Of a stretch of DNA of 64,000 nt, positions 18,974-29,290 are shown in pieces (the first letter of the stretch is position 1; each line of letters opens with the position of its first letter). Where the stretch lies: NCBI GenBank assembly GCA_963793425.1, contig CAWCAG010000005.1:1248001-1312000 (forward strand), in the 5' to 3' direction. The position numbers were made by a program, and so were the translations under genes. Source of the stretch: an uncultured cyanobacterium (GTDB lineage: Bacteria > Cyanobacteriota > Cyanobacteriia > Cyanobacteriales > CAWCAG01). The notes under the pieces are model-generated. The model ran no database searches, was not told the origin of the DNA, and was given only the letters and a program-made list of their open reading frames with translations.

Positions 18974-19004
18974 TGATGTCTAACGACAACGGCAAAGCCG
19001 TACA
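18974..19004 (+). repeat. Small dispersed repeat, copy 1
   Basis: TGATGTCTAACGACAAC is identical (17 bp) to 36133-36149 and is followed by a similar GCAAA(G)CCG. Confidence 0.6.
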
Positions 19005-19202
19005 GTTATCAGTTATTGGTTATCAGTTATTATGTGAAACTGGGCAAGGGGAAGTCATACAGTTATCAGTTTAGCCTGGGGTAACAGAGCTTACCTTTAT
19101 ATTCGGATAAATGGTTGTCGCCCTTATGTTTATATTTCACCCTAGAATTGCTATAGATATATCAGTTAGTAATCCTTAACGAAAATTAGCTTGCTTCAAA
19201 AT

Positions 19203-19721
19203 ATGGATCTTAAATCTTTAATTCGCAACATACCAGATTTTCCTAAACCAGGAATCGTCTTTCGGGATATTACTACTGTTTTGAATAATCCAGAAGGATT
19301 GCGTTATTGTATTGATGCTTTGGTACATAAGATTAATGAAGCAGGTTTAAAGCCGGATTATATTATTGGTATGGAATCTAGGGGGTTTATTTTTGGTCCT
19401 CCTCTAGCCTATCAGCTAGGGATTGGTTTTATTCCGGTACGTAAACCAGGTAAATTACCGGCTGCTGTTCATCGGGTGGAATACGAATTAGAGTATGGTA
19501 GCGATACCCTGGAAATGCACCAAGACGCTTTTGAGGCTGGAGCTAAAATTTTGGTAGTAGATGACCTCATCGCTACAGGAGGGACTGCTAAAGCGACAGC
19601 AGAGTTAATAGAAAATAGCGATGGCCAATTGCTTGCTTTCGCTTTTATCATTGAGTTAGTTGCTTTAGAAGGTCGTAAGCTTTTGCCAGATGTACCGGTT
19701 GTTAATTTGGTGGAATATTAA
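19203..19721 (+). CDS. apt: Adenine phosphoribosyltransferase
   Basis: [42 protein letters not shown]. Confidence 0.98.
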   Translation: MDLKSLIRNIPDFPKPGIVFRDITTVLNNPEGLRYCIDALVHKINEAGLKPDYIIGMESRGFIFGPPLAYQLGIGFIPVRKPGKLPAAVHRVEYELEYGSDTLEMHQDAFEAGAKILVVDDLIATGGTAKATAELIENSDGQLLAFAFIIELVALEGRKLLPDVPVVNLVEY

Positions 19722-19724
19722 AAT

Positions 19725-19756
19725 TAAGTAATAAGTAATAAGTAATAAGTAATAAG
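19725..19756 (+). repeat. STRR heptamer tandem (TAAGTAA)n
   Basis: About 4.5 tandem copies seen directly. Confidence 0.85.
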
Positions 19757-19784
19757 TTCTCTACTTTTGGCTTGATCTTGCTAT

Positions 19785-20828
19785 ATGACTACTAATAAAA
19801 TAACCAGTTACCAGCCAAATTTTTTCCAAACTTTTTTGGGTAATGAAACATTTCTTTATGTAATTAAACGCTTGGGTCAAGCAATTCTTACTTTGCTGTT
19901 AGCTTCGATGCTTTGTTTCACAATTATTCAATTTGCCCCTGGTGACTATGTAAGTACATTACAACAAAATCCCCAAATTTCCCCGGAACGCATTGAAGAA
20001 TTAAGGAAGCAATTTGGTTTGGATCAATCAGCAATTGTCCAGTATTGGAAATGGTTAGTTAGAGTGGTGACACAAGGAGATTTTGGTACTAGTTTCGTCT
20101 CTTTTCGTTCTGTATCTTCTCTACTTTTAGAGCGCATACCTGCCACTCTTCTATTAGCATTTTCTTCTATTTTAGTTACTTGGACAATTGCCATTCCTTT
20201 AGGAATTTTTAGTGCAGTCAACCAAAATCGTTTTAGTGACAGAGTTTTGCGTTTCTTGAGCTATTTAGGCAACGGGTTTCCTAGTTTCATTACAGCTTTA
20301 ATTCTTCTGGTTATGGCTCAATATCTCTCTCCTTTGTTTCCAGTCGGAGGCATGACTAGCATCAATTATGCAGATTTATCACCTTTGGGTAAAATGTTGG
20401 ATATTGGCTGGCATTTAATTTTACCAACCATCGCTTTAAGTATTACTAGTTTTGCCTCTCTACAAAGGTTAATGAGGGGAGAATTATTAGATGTCTTGCG
20501 CCAAGATTATATTCAAACGGCCCGCGCTAAAGGATTGCCAGAAAATAAAGTTGTTTATATTCATGCCCTGCGTAATGCTATTAATCCCTTGATTACTCTA
20601 TTAGGATTTGAATTTGCCACCTTACTTAGTGGTGCTTTTATTACTGAATTCTTTTTTAATTGGCCTGGTTTAGGTAGACTAATTTTACAAGCTGTAACTG
20701 CTCAAGATATTTATTTAGTAATGGCAAGTTTGATGATGGGAGCTTTTATGCTCATTGCTGGTAACTTATTAGCAGATTTGCTTCTCAAAGCCGTAGATCC
20801 TCGCATTAAGCTAGAAAATCTTAAATAG
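19785..20828 (+). CDS. Peptide/nickel ABC transporter permease (DppB/OppB family)
   Basis: GDFGTSF, EAA loop QDYIQTARAKGL, HALRNA, FNWPGLG. Confidence 0.92.
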   Translation: MTTNKITSYQPNFFQTFLGNETFLYVIKRLGQAILTLLLASMLCFTIIQFAPGDYVSTLQQNPQISPERIEELRKQFGLDQSAIVQYWKWLVRVVTQGDFGTSFVSFRSVSSLLLERIPATLLLAFSSILVTWTIAIPLGIFSAVNQNRFSDRVLRFLSYLGNGFPSFITALILLVMAQYLSPLFPVGGMTSINYADLSPLGKMLDIGWHLILPTIALSITSFASLQRLMRGELLDVLRQDYIQTARAKGLPENKVVYIHALRNAINPLITLLGFEFATLLSGAFITEFFFNWPGLGRLILQAVTAQDIYLVMASLMMGAFMLIAGNLLADLLLKAVDPRIKLENLK

Positions 20829-20834
20829 GTATTT

Positions 20835-20918
20835 GCTAATGGCTAATGGCTAATGGCTAATCGCTAATGGCTAATCGCTAATCGCTAATCGCTAGTTGCT
20901 AATCGCTAATCGCTAATT
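20835..20918 (+). repeat. STRR heptamer tandem (GCTAAT[G/C])n
   Basis: About 12 tandem copies. Confidence 0.9.
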
Positions 20919-21007
20919 CAGATGTAGCAAAGAAATACAAAAATCTTTCTGCCTATTGACTATTGACTATTGACTACTCCCTATTCCCTATTCCCTATTC
21001 CCCAAAA

Positions 21008-21301
21008 ATGATAAACGATCATAGTTATTTAATTCGTTCTCAAGCAGATGGTAAATATTTAGTTGCTCGTCCTCAAGTTGAACAAAATCAAGAGCAAACA
21101 GGTTATTTACTAATCTTTCGTGAACGTTTTGAAGCTCTTAGTTATCTTAATACCCATGCCCAGGAAGTTGCTAATCGTTTTGCGGTGGAATCTGTTTCGG
21201 GAACTCAACTTAAAAATTTGTTGCAACGTTGGGGATTTAAGGGTATTGGTTTAGTAAAAGATCCTTTACTGCCAAAAATAGAATTTTTAACCCACAATTG
21301 A
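21008..21301 (+). CDS. Conserved cyanobacterial hypothetical protein
   Basis: YLIRSQADGKYLVA...ALSYLNTH...LLQRWGFKGIGLVKDPL.P.IEF. Confidence 0.7.
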   Translation: MINDHSYLIRSQADGKYLVARPQVEQNQEQTGYLLIFRERFEALSYLNTHAQEVANRFAVESVSGTQLKNLLQRWGFKGIGLVKDPLLPKIEFLTHN

Positions 21302-21382
21302 TGAAGTTAAAAACTATACGGACTAATGATAATTGTTTAATGGTAAATAGTAAATGAGATCAAGCACTTTCAGTTAATAACT

Positions 21383-21931
21383 ATGTCTGAACTTACTTTA
21401 AGCTGGCAAGAAGGAAACCAAACTCGAACTATAAATATTCAAGAAAATCAGCCCAGCAAAAATCCAGGAACTGTTCGCATTGGGCGTAATCCTGGCCGTT
21501 GTGACCTTGTTTTGACCAATCCTACTGTATCTGGATTGCACGTAGAGATATTTTTTGACGCTAACCAAAAGCAATTTTTATTAAGAAACCTAAGACAATC
21601 TAATCCTCCTTTTGTCGATGGAAAAAGAATCATTCAAGGAGAAGCAAAACTTAGTCAAGGTAGCGTGATTATTTTAGGGCAACTCTCCCTCAATGTTGTA
21701 CAAATGATTATAGATTTACCTAGTAACAATATTCCCCAAACAGTGATTGTTCCTCCTCAAGTCCAGCCAGCTTCTCAACCTGTTCATAATCCTGCTTTGA
21801 ATACCGATAACTATGGATTAGAATGTCCTCATTGCCGTCGCATTTCCTCCTACGAAAGAATAGATTTTGGCTGTCAGTGGTGCGGCACTTCTTTAGCTGG
21901 GGCAGCAAGTGTTTTAGTTCCTAAAAGCTAA
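21383..21931 (+). CDS. FHA domain protein with C-terminal zinc ribbon
   Basis: IGRNP..CD....PTVSGLH...N (FHA G-R/S-x-x-H/N), Pro/Gln linker, CPHC-x11-CQWC. Confidence 0.88.
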   Translation: MSELTLSWQEGNQTRTINIQENQPSKNPGTVRIGRNPGRCDLVLTNPTVSGLHVEIFFDANQKQFLLRNLRQSNPPFVDGKRIIQGEAKLSQGSVIILGQLSLNVVQMIIDLPSNNIPQTVIVPPQVQPASQPVHNPALNTDNYGLECPHCRRISSYERIDFGCQWCGTSLAGAASVLVPKS

Positions 21932-21957
21932 CCCTATTTCCTTACTTAAAAATTCTT

Positions 21958-22293
21958 ATGCAAATTCAATTAAGTTGGCAAGAACCCTCTACGGGAAAGA
22001 AGCGATCGCCAATTTTAAGCGTACCTATTGCTTTGGGGCGAGAATTTGGTGATATGCCAAAAGAAATTGCGGGAAAGCAAGTTTCTCGTATGGTATTAAA
22101 AGATTCCCAAGTATCTCGATTTCATGCCTTAATCACTTGGGAGAATAGTAGTTTTGTCGTTACTGATCAAACTAGTCGCAACGGCGTTTTAATTAATGGG
22201 CAAGCGAAAAATCGTAGTGTTTTGGCCAACGGAGATGTCTTATTTATTGATCCCTACGAAATTACTATTTCATTAGGGGTTGCTAATGGCTAA
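21958..22293 (+). CDS. Stand-alone FHA domain protein
   Basis: LGRE, VSRFH, SRNGVLING; its stop codon lies within the GCTAATG repeat. Confidence 0.85.
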   Translation: MQIQLSWQEPSTGKKRSPILSVPIALGREFGDMPKEIAGKQVSRMVLKDSQVSRFHALITWENSSFVVTDQTSRNGVLINGQAKNRSVLANGDVLFIDPYEITISLGVANG

Positions 22294-22361
22294 TGGCTAA
22301 TGGCTAATGGCTAATGGCTAATGGCTAATGGCTAATCGCTAGTTGCTAGTTACTAATGGCT
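22282..22361 (+). repeat. STRR heptamer tandem (GCTAATG)n
   Basis: About 11 copies, starting inside the FHA gene. Confidence 0.9.
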
Positions 22362-22416
22362 ACACTTAAAATATAGGAAATTCTCTAAATGACAAATGTT
22401 TAATGTTTAATGATAA

Positions 22417-24399
22417 ATGATTTCTTCCCCTTTACAAATAAAATTAAGCTGGGCAGATCCGGCAACTGGAGAATTGCGAGAACCAGTGTTGCAACTTCCC
22501 ATTGCCTTGGGGCGGGAATTCCCGCGAATGCCTGCTAATTTTGGTAACCAGAGGGTTTCTCGCTTAGTACTAAATAGTTTTGAAGTTTCTCGCTACCACA
22601 TCCTTCTTGCCTGGGAAAACGGTGGTTTGGTAGTAAAAGACCAAAAGAGTCGTAATGGTATCTTTGTCAATGGCCAACCTCAAAAACAGGCTACTTTAGC
22701 CAATGGGGACACCATCCAAGTTGGTCCCTATGAAATCACAATTATTCTCTCAGTGGGGGCAACTGCACCTCCTCCTTCCCCAGGGCGAGATTCTCAAATT
22801 GTTTTCAATCCCACCACTAATGTACTCGACCCTCAACAGCAGTCATTAGCACCGCCAACTCCAGCCCCCAGAAGCTTTCCTCCATTCGCTTTTCAAAGTG
22901 AAATCGTTGAACTCCAAGACCTCCATGCTACAGGCTTACCAGTAGATGAGATAGATTACTTAACTATTGGTGCAGGAATGGGGAGTTTTGTTTGGGTAGA
23001 TTTCTTACGCATCTACGGAGTTAAACCCCAGCAAATTATTGCTTTAGGAGTTGATCCCATTCCCTACGGGCGCTACAAACAACTTTGCCTCAACTCCCAA
23101 ATTCCCCTCCGAGAAAGATTACGGTCTAATTCTGATTCTTGTCCTGATAATATTTGGGGTTGGCCTAGTTATGCCTTCCGAGAAGCATGGCATGAGTTCC
23201 AGAAAGGAAAATTAACTAATTCTTTAAGATATTTGTGGCAGGTTTTTAGTGAACCAACTTTCATTGAAACCTACACCCCTAAAGCGGAAAATGTCTTTGA
23301 TTCTGTAGACAGGGAACAACAACGCATCGGTTGGCAACAAATATTCCGTTATGGTAGCGCCCGTAGCATTCGCCAAACTAGTGATGGTAGATATGTAGTT
23401 GCCTATTCTCGAACAACCAGTGCAGGGCGGGAAAGAGCTTTTTTAGTGGCCCGTTATCTCCATTTAGCTATCGGTTATCCTGCCATTACATTTCTCCCTG
23501 ACTTACAAGCATACAGGGAAAGAACCAAAGATTTTCAATCAGTGGTTAATGCCTACGAGGCCCATGATTATGTTTATGAACATCTAGAAAAAGTTGGCGG
23601 TACGGTAGTGATTCGGGGGCGGGGAATCGTTGCTTCGCGGATTATTCAGCGAGTTTATGAAGCAAGAAAAAAAAATCCCCACATTCGCCTCATCAACTTA
23701 ATGCGTTCCCCCAAACCCGTAGGGCAGAAATTTCGTAAAACCCGCAGACTTGTAGAAAATCATCTCGAATTTCAACCCTTTAACTGGCCCAAAGCTTGTT
23801 GGGGAGGAGATTTACGCTTTGAGTTAGAAAAAGCAAGTCCAGAACAACGCAAAAGATTAATTGCCGACTGGGGAGGGACTACCACCGCAGATCGTCGTGA
23901 TTGGCAGAAAATTGTTAGAGAAGGTTTAAATCAGGGTTGGTACAGAATCGAATTTGGTGAGGTAAAAAGGGTAGAAAAGGAAGCTGAAGGAATTATCACT
24001 TATATTCAAGAGAAGAATATGAAAGGAGAAGTCCGCTTACAAGCTGATTTTATCATTGATGCCACAGGGCTTGATGCTGATGTTAGTGCTAGTCCTCTCC
24101 TTGATGATCTGATCAACCGCTATCAACTTCCCCTCAACTACCTCAAACGCCTTTGCGTAAGCAATGATTTTGAGTTGGTAGAAATGCGAACTACCAAGGG
24201 AAGAATGTATGCAGCAGGTGCAGCTACTTTGGGAGGGCCATACGCGGCCGTTGATAGCTTTTTGGGTTTACAATACACAGCTTTGCGGGTTGTAGACCAT
24301 TTAGCCTCCAATCGCGCCCCAGGGTTAACTCCTTTGAACCCTCTTAGTTCATTTTTCCAATGGTTAAAATGGACAGCTAATAATTCTCCCACTTCCTGA
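22417..24399 (+). CDS. FHA domain fused to an FAD/NAD(P)-binding oxidoreductase-like domain
   Basis: N-terminal FHA (LGRE, VSRYH, SRNG); YLTIGAGMGS Rossmann motif; second motif VVIRGRGIVA; IDATG; MYAAG. Confidence 0.75.
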   Translation: MISSPLQIKLSWADPATGELREPVLQLPIALGREFPRMPANFGNQRVSRLVLNSFEVSRYHILLAWENGGLVVKDQKSRNGIFVNGQPQKQATLANGDTIQVGPYEITIILSVGATAPPPSPGRDSQIVFNPTTNVLDPQQQSLAPPTPAPRSFPPFAFQSEIVELQDLHATGLPVDEIDYLTIGAGMGSFVWVDFLRIYGVKPQQIIALGVDPIPYGRYKQLCLNSQIPLRERLRSNSDSCPDNIWGWPSYAFREAWHEFQKGKLTNSLRYLWQVFSEPTFIETYTPKAENVFDSVDREQQRIGWQQIFRYGSARSIRQTSDGRYVVAYSRTTSAGRERAFLVARYLHLAIGYPAITFLPDLQAYRERTKDFQSVVNAYEAHDYVYEHLEKVGGTVVIRGRGIVASRIIQRVYEARKKNPHIRLINLMRSPKPVGQKFRKTRRLVENHLEFQPFNWPKACWGGDLRFELEKASPEQRKRLIADWGGTTTADRRDWQKIVREGLNQGWYRIEFGEVKRVEKEAEGIITYIQEKNMKGEVRLQADFIIDATGLDADVSASPLLDDLINRYQLPLNYLKRLCVSNDFELVEMRTTKGRMYAAGAATLGGPYAAVDSFLGLQYTALRVVDHLASNRAPGLTPLNPLSSFFQWLKWTANNSPTS

Positions 24400-24549
24400 A
24401 AACATTAAGACATGACCAACTCGGTAATAAGAAGCAGAGGAATTCCTGACCAATTAGCTTAACCATGATATATAGTTGTATCCGGGTGCATAATCAAAGT
24501 TGCCAGCAGACGAAACGACTGAGCGCTTTTTCATTCCAAATGACAAATA

Positions 24550-24685
24550 ATACCAAATCCGGCTCAGAGAGTGCCTTTATAAAATCACCGGATAAATGTC
24601 TCAAACCCTACTGCCTGCTCCCCGCTCCCTGCTCCCTGCTCCCTATCCTCACAGATAAGTCATGTAACCCATCAGGATTTGGGAT
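24550..24685. mobile_element. MITE-like element (ATACCAAATCC terminal-IR family), copy 1
   Basis: ATACCAAATCC ... GGATTTGGGAT with a CTCAAACCCTAC + (CTGCTCC)n core; homologous to 56672-56815. Confidence 0.7.
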
Positions 24686-24802
24686 AATAATTGTCTCTTT
24701 CCACCCCTTGTATTTAGACAGCAAGTAAAAGCGGCAGTAGGTTAGGAATTATCAGGATAGATCAGCACATAAAATTAATAACTAAATTAATGGAGGTAGA
24801 AA

Positions 24803-25402
24803 ATGAATGAGATTAGTAAAAATGAGATGCGAGAAAGACTCGGTAACATCGATCAAATTCGCGACTTGTTGTTTGGTAGCAAAGAAGAAGAATTTTCTGG
24901 AAGATTTAACCAGTTAGATTCAGAGTTGGCTAGCTTCAAGCAAGAAATGCGCGAACAGTTATCAGAGATACAATCATCTTTATCCGAAAAGCTACAAGAT
25001 TCCGTTAATTCCCTAGAGAAGAAAATTAAGTACTTAGGATTAACTACCCACGAAGAAATTAATAAAATAATTCAAGATAGCGCAAGAAGAGAAAGAACAA
25101 CAACCAGAGATATAGACAACCTTAGTCAAGATTTTAAAGTTAAAACCGATACTATTAGGGAGGAAATTTCTCAAAATAAAGAAAAGCTGCAAGAAGATAT
25201 TTACAGCTTTAAGAACCAGATTATTGGTAAGCTTGAAGCAGAACTAGATGCTTTGAAAGATGTTAAAGTTTCGCGGGATGACTTAGCCGAGGTGTTGTTT
25301 GAGCTTTGTATCAAAATTAAAGGAGCAGATTTCGTTCCCGATTTAAAGGAGGCTTCAGATAATAACGTCCAAGCAGATTTTCTTTTGCCAGAACAACAAT
25401 AA
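24803..25402 (+). CDS. Coiled-coil protein associated with the OmpA/small-GTPase module
   Basis: GNIDQIRDLLFG...KVSRDDLAEVLFEL; heptad-rich; GGAGG RBS. Confidence 0.75.
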   Translation: MNEISKNEMRERLGNIDQIRDLLFGSKEEEFSGRFNQLDSELASFKQEMREQLSEIQSSLSEKLQDSVNSLEKKIKYLGLTTHEEINKIIQDSARRERTTTRDIDNLSQDFKVKTDTIREEISQNKEKLQEDIYSFKNQIIGKLEAELDALKDVKVSRDDLAEVLFELCIKIKGADFVPDLKEASDNNVQADFLLPEQQ

Positions 25403-25520
25403 AGTTCTTTTAAGGTTAAGGAATGTTACTCAAAATCAGTAAATGTTTTAAATGCCGCCGTAGTCTCTAATGATGCACCAGGGTAAAGACTTTAAACGAG
25501 ATTAGTGAATACATTTACTA

Positions 25521-25562
25521 TGGTAGTTAAGTATAATTGAGCAAAACTATACTTAACTACCA
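25521..25562. repeat. Long inverted repeat between the coiled-coil and OmpA genes
   Basis: TGGTAGTTAAGTATA / TATACTTAACTACCA, perfect 15 bp (18 bp with one mismatch). Confidence 0.85.
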
Positions 25563-25725
25563 AAAATAGCTGGTTGGCGATCACAAACTCCTTTAAACCG
25601 AGCAGACTGGACTTAAGAGCTTGGGGTATCTTAATTGTTTATAAGTCTCATGCTAAAGGTGACAGACTAGTCTTTCGCAGCCTGAAGAGAGAAAATGAAT
25701 AATTGAGCATATTGGATGGCAGCTT

Positions 25726-28298
25726 ATGGCGTTATCAAAAGAACAACCCAATCAAGAAAACTCGCTTTTAAGTTCCCAAGCAAAATTGTCGCCCCAAGAA
25801 CAACCTATGGAAGAATTGGTTGATTTGTTACTGGAACTGCAAGAAGGAAAAAAAGAGCGCTCTTCTGCTTCAGTTTCTCCCTCTACAAAAGAAATTGAGA
25901 ATCAGCATCAAGCTGATTTGTGGGGAATGCTAGAAAATGTGGTTAACCAGCAGAAACAAGATTCTTCTTCTGGACTTAGAGAGCAACCAAAAGAAGATAA
26001 AGCTAAAATAGAGGAAACAGAGGCTCCAAGAGAAAGTTCCTCACAAGAGCAGCCTGGGTTCACAGAAAGCACTTTAGAAGAAGATAATATCCCTGAGATT
26101 CAGCCTGAAGAGCTAAGCAAGGAAGATAAAGCTAAGGTAGAAAGCCCGTTAAAAGAACAGCCTGATGTTCAAGAAAGTACTTCAGAAGAACTTAATGCTG
26201 CTGAGGCAAAACCAGAAACCAACTCAGGTTCTTTACCTGTCCCGGAGTGGCTTGAATCTGTTCCGAAGCCAAACCCTAATAGAACTTTATCTTCTGTTTG
26301 GGATGACTTGCAAGAACTGTTAGCTAAATCAGGAAAAGCGAAGTTACCTCGTAAAGCTAAAACCCATCGTTCTTTATCTATTCGGGAGTCTATTGAACAA
26401 GAACGCCTTCGCCAGTCAGTGGAGGAGTTAGAGGATAAATTCACCCAAGTTGAGCATCAAGCTGACAAAACCACACAGATGCTTAATGATATTGTGCCTT
26501 TGATGGTGGAACTGCTGAAAAGCCAGCTATCTGAATCTCAAGACCAAGTTTTAGGGCGCATGGTTCCCATTATTGATCGTGTTATTCAAGAACGATCTTC
26601 GCAAAATCGTGGCGCGATGAGTTCTGCGATCGCGGATTTAATTCCTGGGGCGATTAGAAAGCAAATTGAAGACTCACCGGAAGAAATAGCCAAAGCCCTG
26701 GCCCCAGAAATCGCGGCTGCAATAAGGGAACAAAGTAAGCTACAACAAAACGCCATTTCCGAAGCTTTGGGGCCAGAAATGGGCAAAGCGATTAGGGCGC
26801 AAATTGAATGTGAAAGGGAGGCAATGGTAGATGCCCTTTACCCAGTAATTGGTAGCACAGTCTCCAAATATATGGGAGAGGTGGTTAGTTCTATTAACGA
26901 AAAAGTTGAACATACCTTAAGTCCCCAAGGGGTAATGCGTAAAGTCCGTGCCAAGGTACAAGGAGTCTCTGATGCAGAACTTATTCTTCTTGAATCAGTA
27001 GGCTTTACCATTAAGGCGGTGTTTTTAATTCAGACGACTTCTGGATTAGTGATTGAAAAAGCCCAACCTTCAGGAAACGAAAGACTCGAAGCAGATATGT
27101 TAGCCGGAATGCTTACCGCTATTCGTGGTTTTGTTAATGATTGTATTGTTCAATCAGAAAATATTTCTGAACTTAGTGAAATTGAATATGGCAACTCCAG
27201 GGTAATTATTGAACCAGCAGGTTATTGTTATTTGGCGGTGGTGGTGAAAGGGCAGCCTTCCGAGGGCTTCATTAAAAAAATGCGCTTCACTATGGGGAAG
27301 ATTAATCAAAAATATGGCAATGAAATAAAAAACTTCGCCGGCGATCCTACCACTGTTCCTGAAGAAATTCACTCTTGGCTCGAAAGGCTAATGGAAGTTG
27401 CTCCGGTAGAGAAGTTTGTTAAGGAAGAAGAAAGCAAAAAACGCTCTCCCCAAGGTATCTTGAAGTTGGCGTTGCTAATCTTATTTCTGTTAGGTGTACC
27501 TTGGGGCTTTTATCTTTATCGGGCTAATCTTGCTGAGGGTATTGAAACAGAAACTACCACTATTATAGACCAAACGCCAGAGTTATATTTTGCTAGCATA
27601 ACCCCTAAATTGAAGGGCAACAAATTAGTTTTAACAGGAAGAGTACCTAACCCAGACTTAAAAGAGAGGGCAGAGGAGATTATCCAAGCTAATAACCCTG
27701 ATTTAGCAATAGATAATCAAATTGTCGCCGTAGATGTACCCCCAGAATTTGCTGATACAGCAGTAGAACTCAAGACAGCCCTACTAACTCAGCAACCAGG
27801 TATTGAGATTACTAGTAGCTATGAAGATAGAACCGTTGCGGTTACGGGTACTGTAGAGAGAGCGAAAGATATTCCTAAGATTGTTAAAGAGTTAGAAGAA
27901 ATTGCTGGGGTTAATTCCGTTAATATCGATAGCTTAAATTTAAAAGCTTTAGAAGGACGTGTTTATTTTGAATTTGGTTCAAAGTCAATTAAGCCAGAAT
28001 ATCAAGATGAGTTTATTGTTCCTATTAAAGAGTTTTTGGAAATCAACCCCCAAGCCCAACTAGAGATAACTGGCTATGTTGACCGTGTAGGAGGAGAGAA
28101 AGAAAGGAAAGAACTTGCTATGGCCAGGCCGAGGTGGTAAAACAAGCTTTAGAGGAGCAAGGAATTAAGCCGGAACGCATCAAAAGCTCTGGAGAAATAA
28201 AAACTCCTCCAAATGTGACTCCTGAACAGCCAATGTGGTTAAGTAGATGTGTGCGCTTTAATTTGTTCAGCCCGCCAGGAAAATCGAATCAGAAATGA
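25726..28298 (+). CDS. Membrane protein: acidic N-terminus, coiled coil, longin/roadblock-like domain, TM, two BON domains, OmpA-like C-terminal domain. One base is missing near 28127.
   Basis: ALYPVIG, AVFLIQTTSGLVI..DMLAGMLTAIRGFV..IEYG, TM LALLILFLLGVPWGFY, RVYFEFGS..ITGYVD. After frame correction it reads ARAEVVKQALEEQGIKPERI...LSRCVRF...NQK*, with the TGA overlapping the next ATG (ATGA). Confidence 0.85.
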
Positions 28299-28822
28299 CC
28301 ACTATTTCCAAGAAAATCTGTCTCATTGGTGACTTTAGTGTAGGCAAAACAAGCCTGATCCGACGCTTCGTAGACCGCCAATTTAGCGATCAATACTTAT
28401 CCACTGTGGGAGTGAAAATTTCCCGCAAGGCTGTGCAGTTAACAGACAAGGGCAGCAGCGAACCAATCCAAGTACAACTGCTAATTTGGGATATAGAAGG
28501 ACAGACTAAATTCAAAGCGATCGCCCCTACTTATTTACAAGGTGCGGCAGGAGTGATTATTGTCTGTGATGTAACTCGCCCAGAAACCATCGAGAATGTC
28601 CAGGGGCATATTAAACTATTTGAGTCGGTTAATCCTAAAGGAGTTAGTCTTGTTGCTTTTAACAAAACCGACTTGTTAGAAGAGGAGAAACGAGAAAAGT
28701 TATTGGAGGAGAATAATCTACAAGATTTTCCTCAAGTGATTGCTACTTATACAACTTCAGCTAAAACGGGTAAAGATGTAGACAAGATGTTCAACACACT
28801 ATCATCTAACATTTTGGTCTAA
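28295..28822 (+). CDS. Rab/Ras-like small GTPase
   Basis: G1 GDFSVGKTS, G2 STVG, G3 WDIEGQ, G4 NKTD, G5 SAK; 175 aa stand-alone. Confidence 0.95.
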   Translation: MTTISKKICLIGDFSVGKTSLIRRFVDRQFSDQYLSTVGVKISRKAVQLTDKGSSEPIQVQLLIWDIEGQTKFKAIAPTYLQGAAGVIIVCDVTRPETIENVQGHIKLFESVNPKGVSLVAFNKTDLLEEEKREKLLEENNLQDFPQVIATYTTSAKTGKDVDKMFNTLSSNILV

Positions 28823-28978
28823 AAATGTCTGAGGGGTGATGCCCCTATTTACGTTTTTGTGTTATTCAACTAAATAATTCCTGATAATTCTTTCTAGGGT
28901 AGCCATAGCACCAGGCTAACCCTAAAGTTTCTCTTACTCAACAACTGGAGAGATGGATGTTGAACAATTAATAAAATA

Positions 28979-29008
28979 ATGGGTTTGTGATCATGATCAC
29001 AAACCCAT
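28979..29008. promoter_or_regulatory. Perfect 30-bp palindrome containing a consensus CRP box
   Basis: ATGGGTTTGTGATCA|TGATCACAAACCCAT; core TGTGA-TCATGA-TCACA at 28986-29001. Confidence 0.7.
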
Positions 29009-29290
29009 ACTCAACTACATCACAGTTTTGTAAGAAGAGCGATCACGAACACCCCCAATAAGTAATCACACTTAAAAACTATAAAATTCACAGCCTGGAT
29101 ACAAGTAAAATCACTTTAGCGGATTGCAAAATATGAAATACTGGGAGCTACCTTGACCAAATAGATAGAAAAGTTTTATAGAGAGGCACTCTTAAATAGA
29201 GTACTCTTAGCTTTATTTATTAGTAAATTAGTTTTTTTTTAGTAAACATTGGTCAAACCTATGCACGGTTCTGTTAAATATATACCACCC

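Noticed and set aside
20835..22361. Tandem arrays as a possible CRISPR
   Set aside because: These are 7-bp STRR units with no unique spacers, and no cas genes are present in the window
24465..24728. 87-aa ORF
   Set aside because: It runs through a MITE/STRR element (LLPAPCSLLP is translated repeat)
25590..25700. Possible riboswitch upstream of the OmpA gene
   Set aside because: Some pairing potential, but no match to c-di-GMP, glnA or other aptamer consensus that I could recognise; an Rfam scan would settle it
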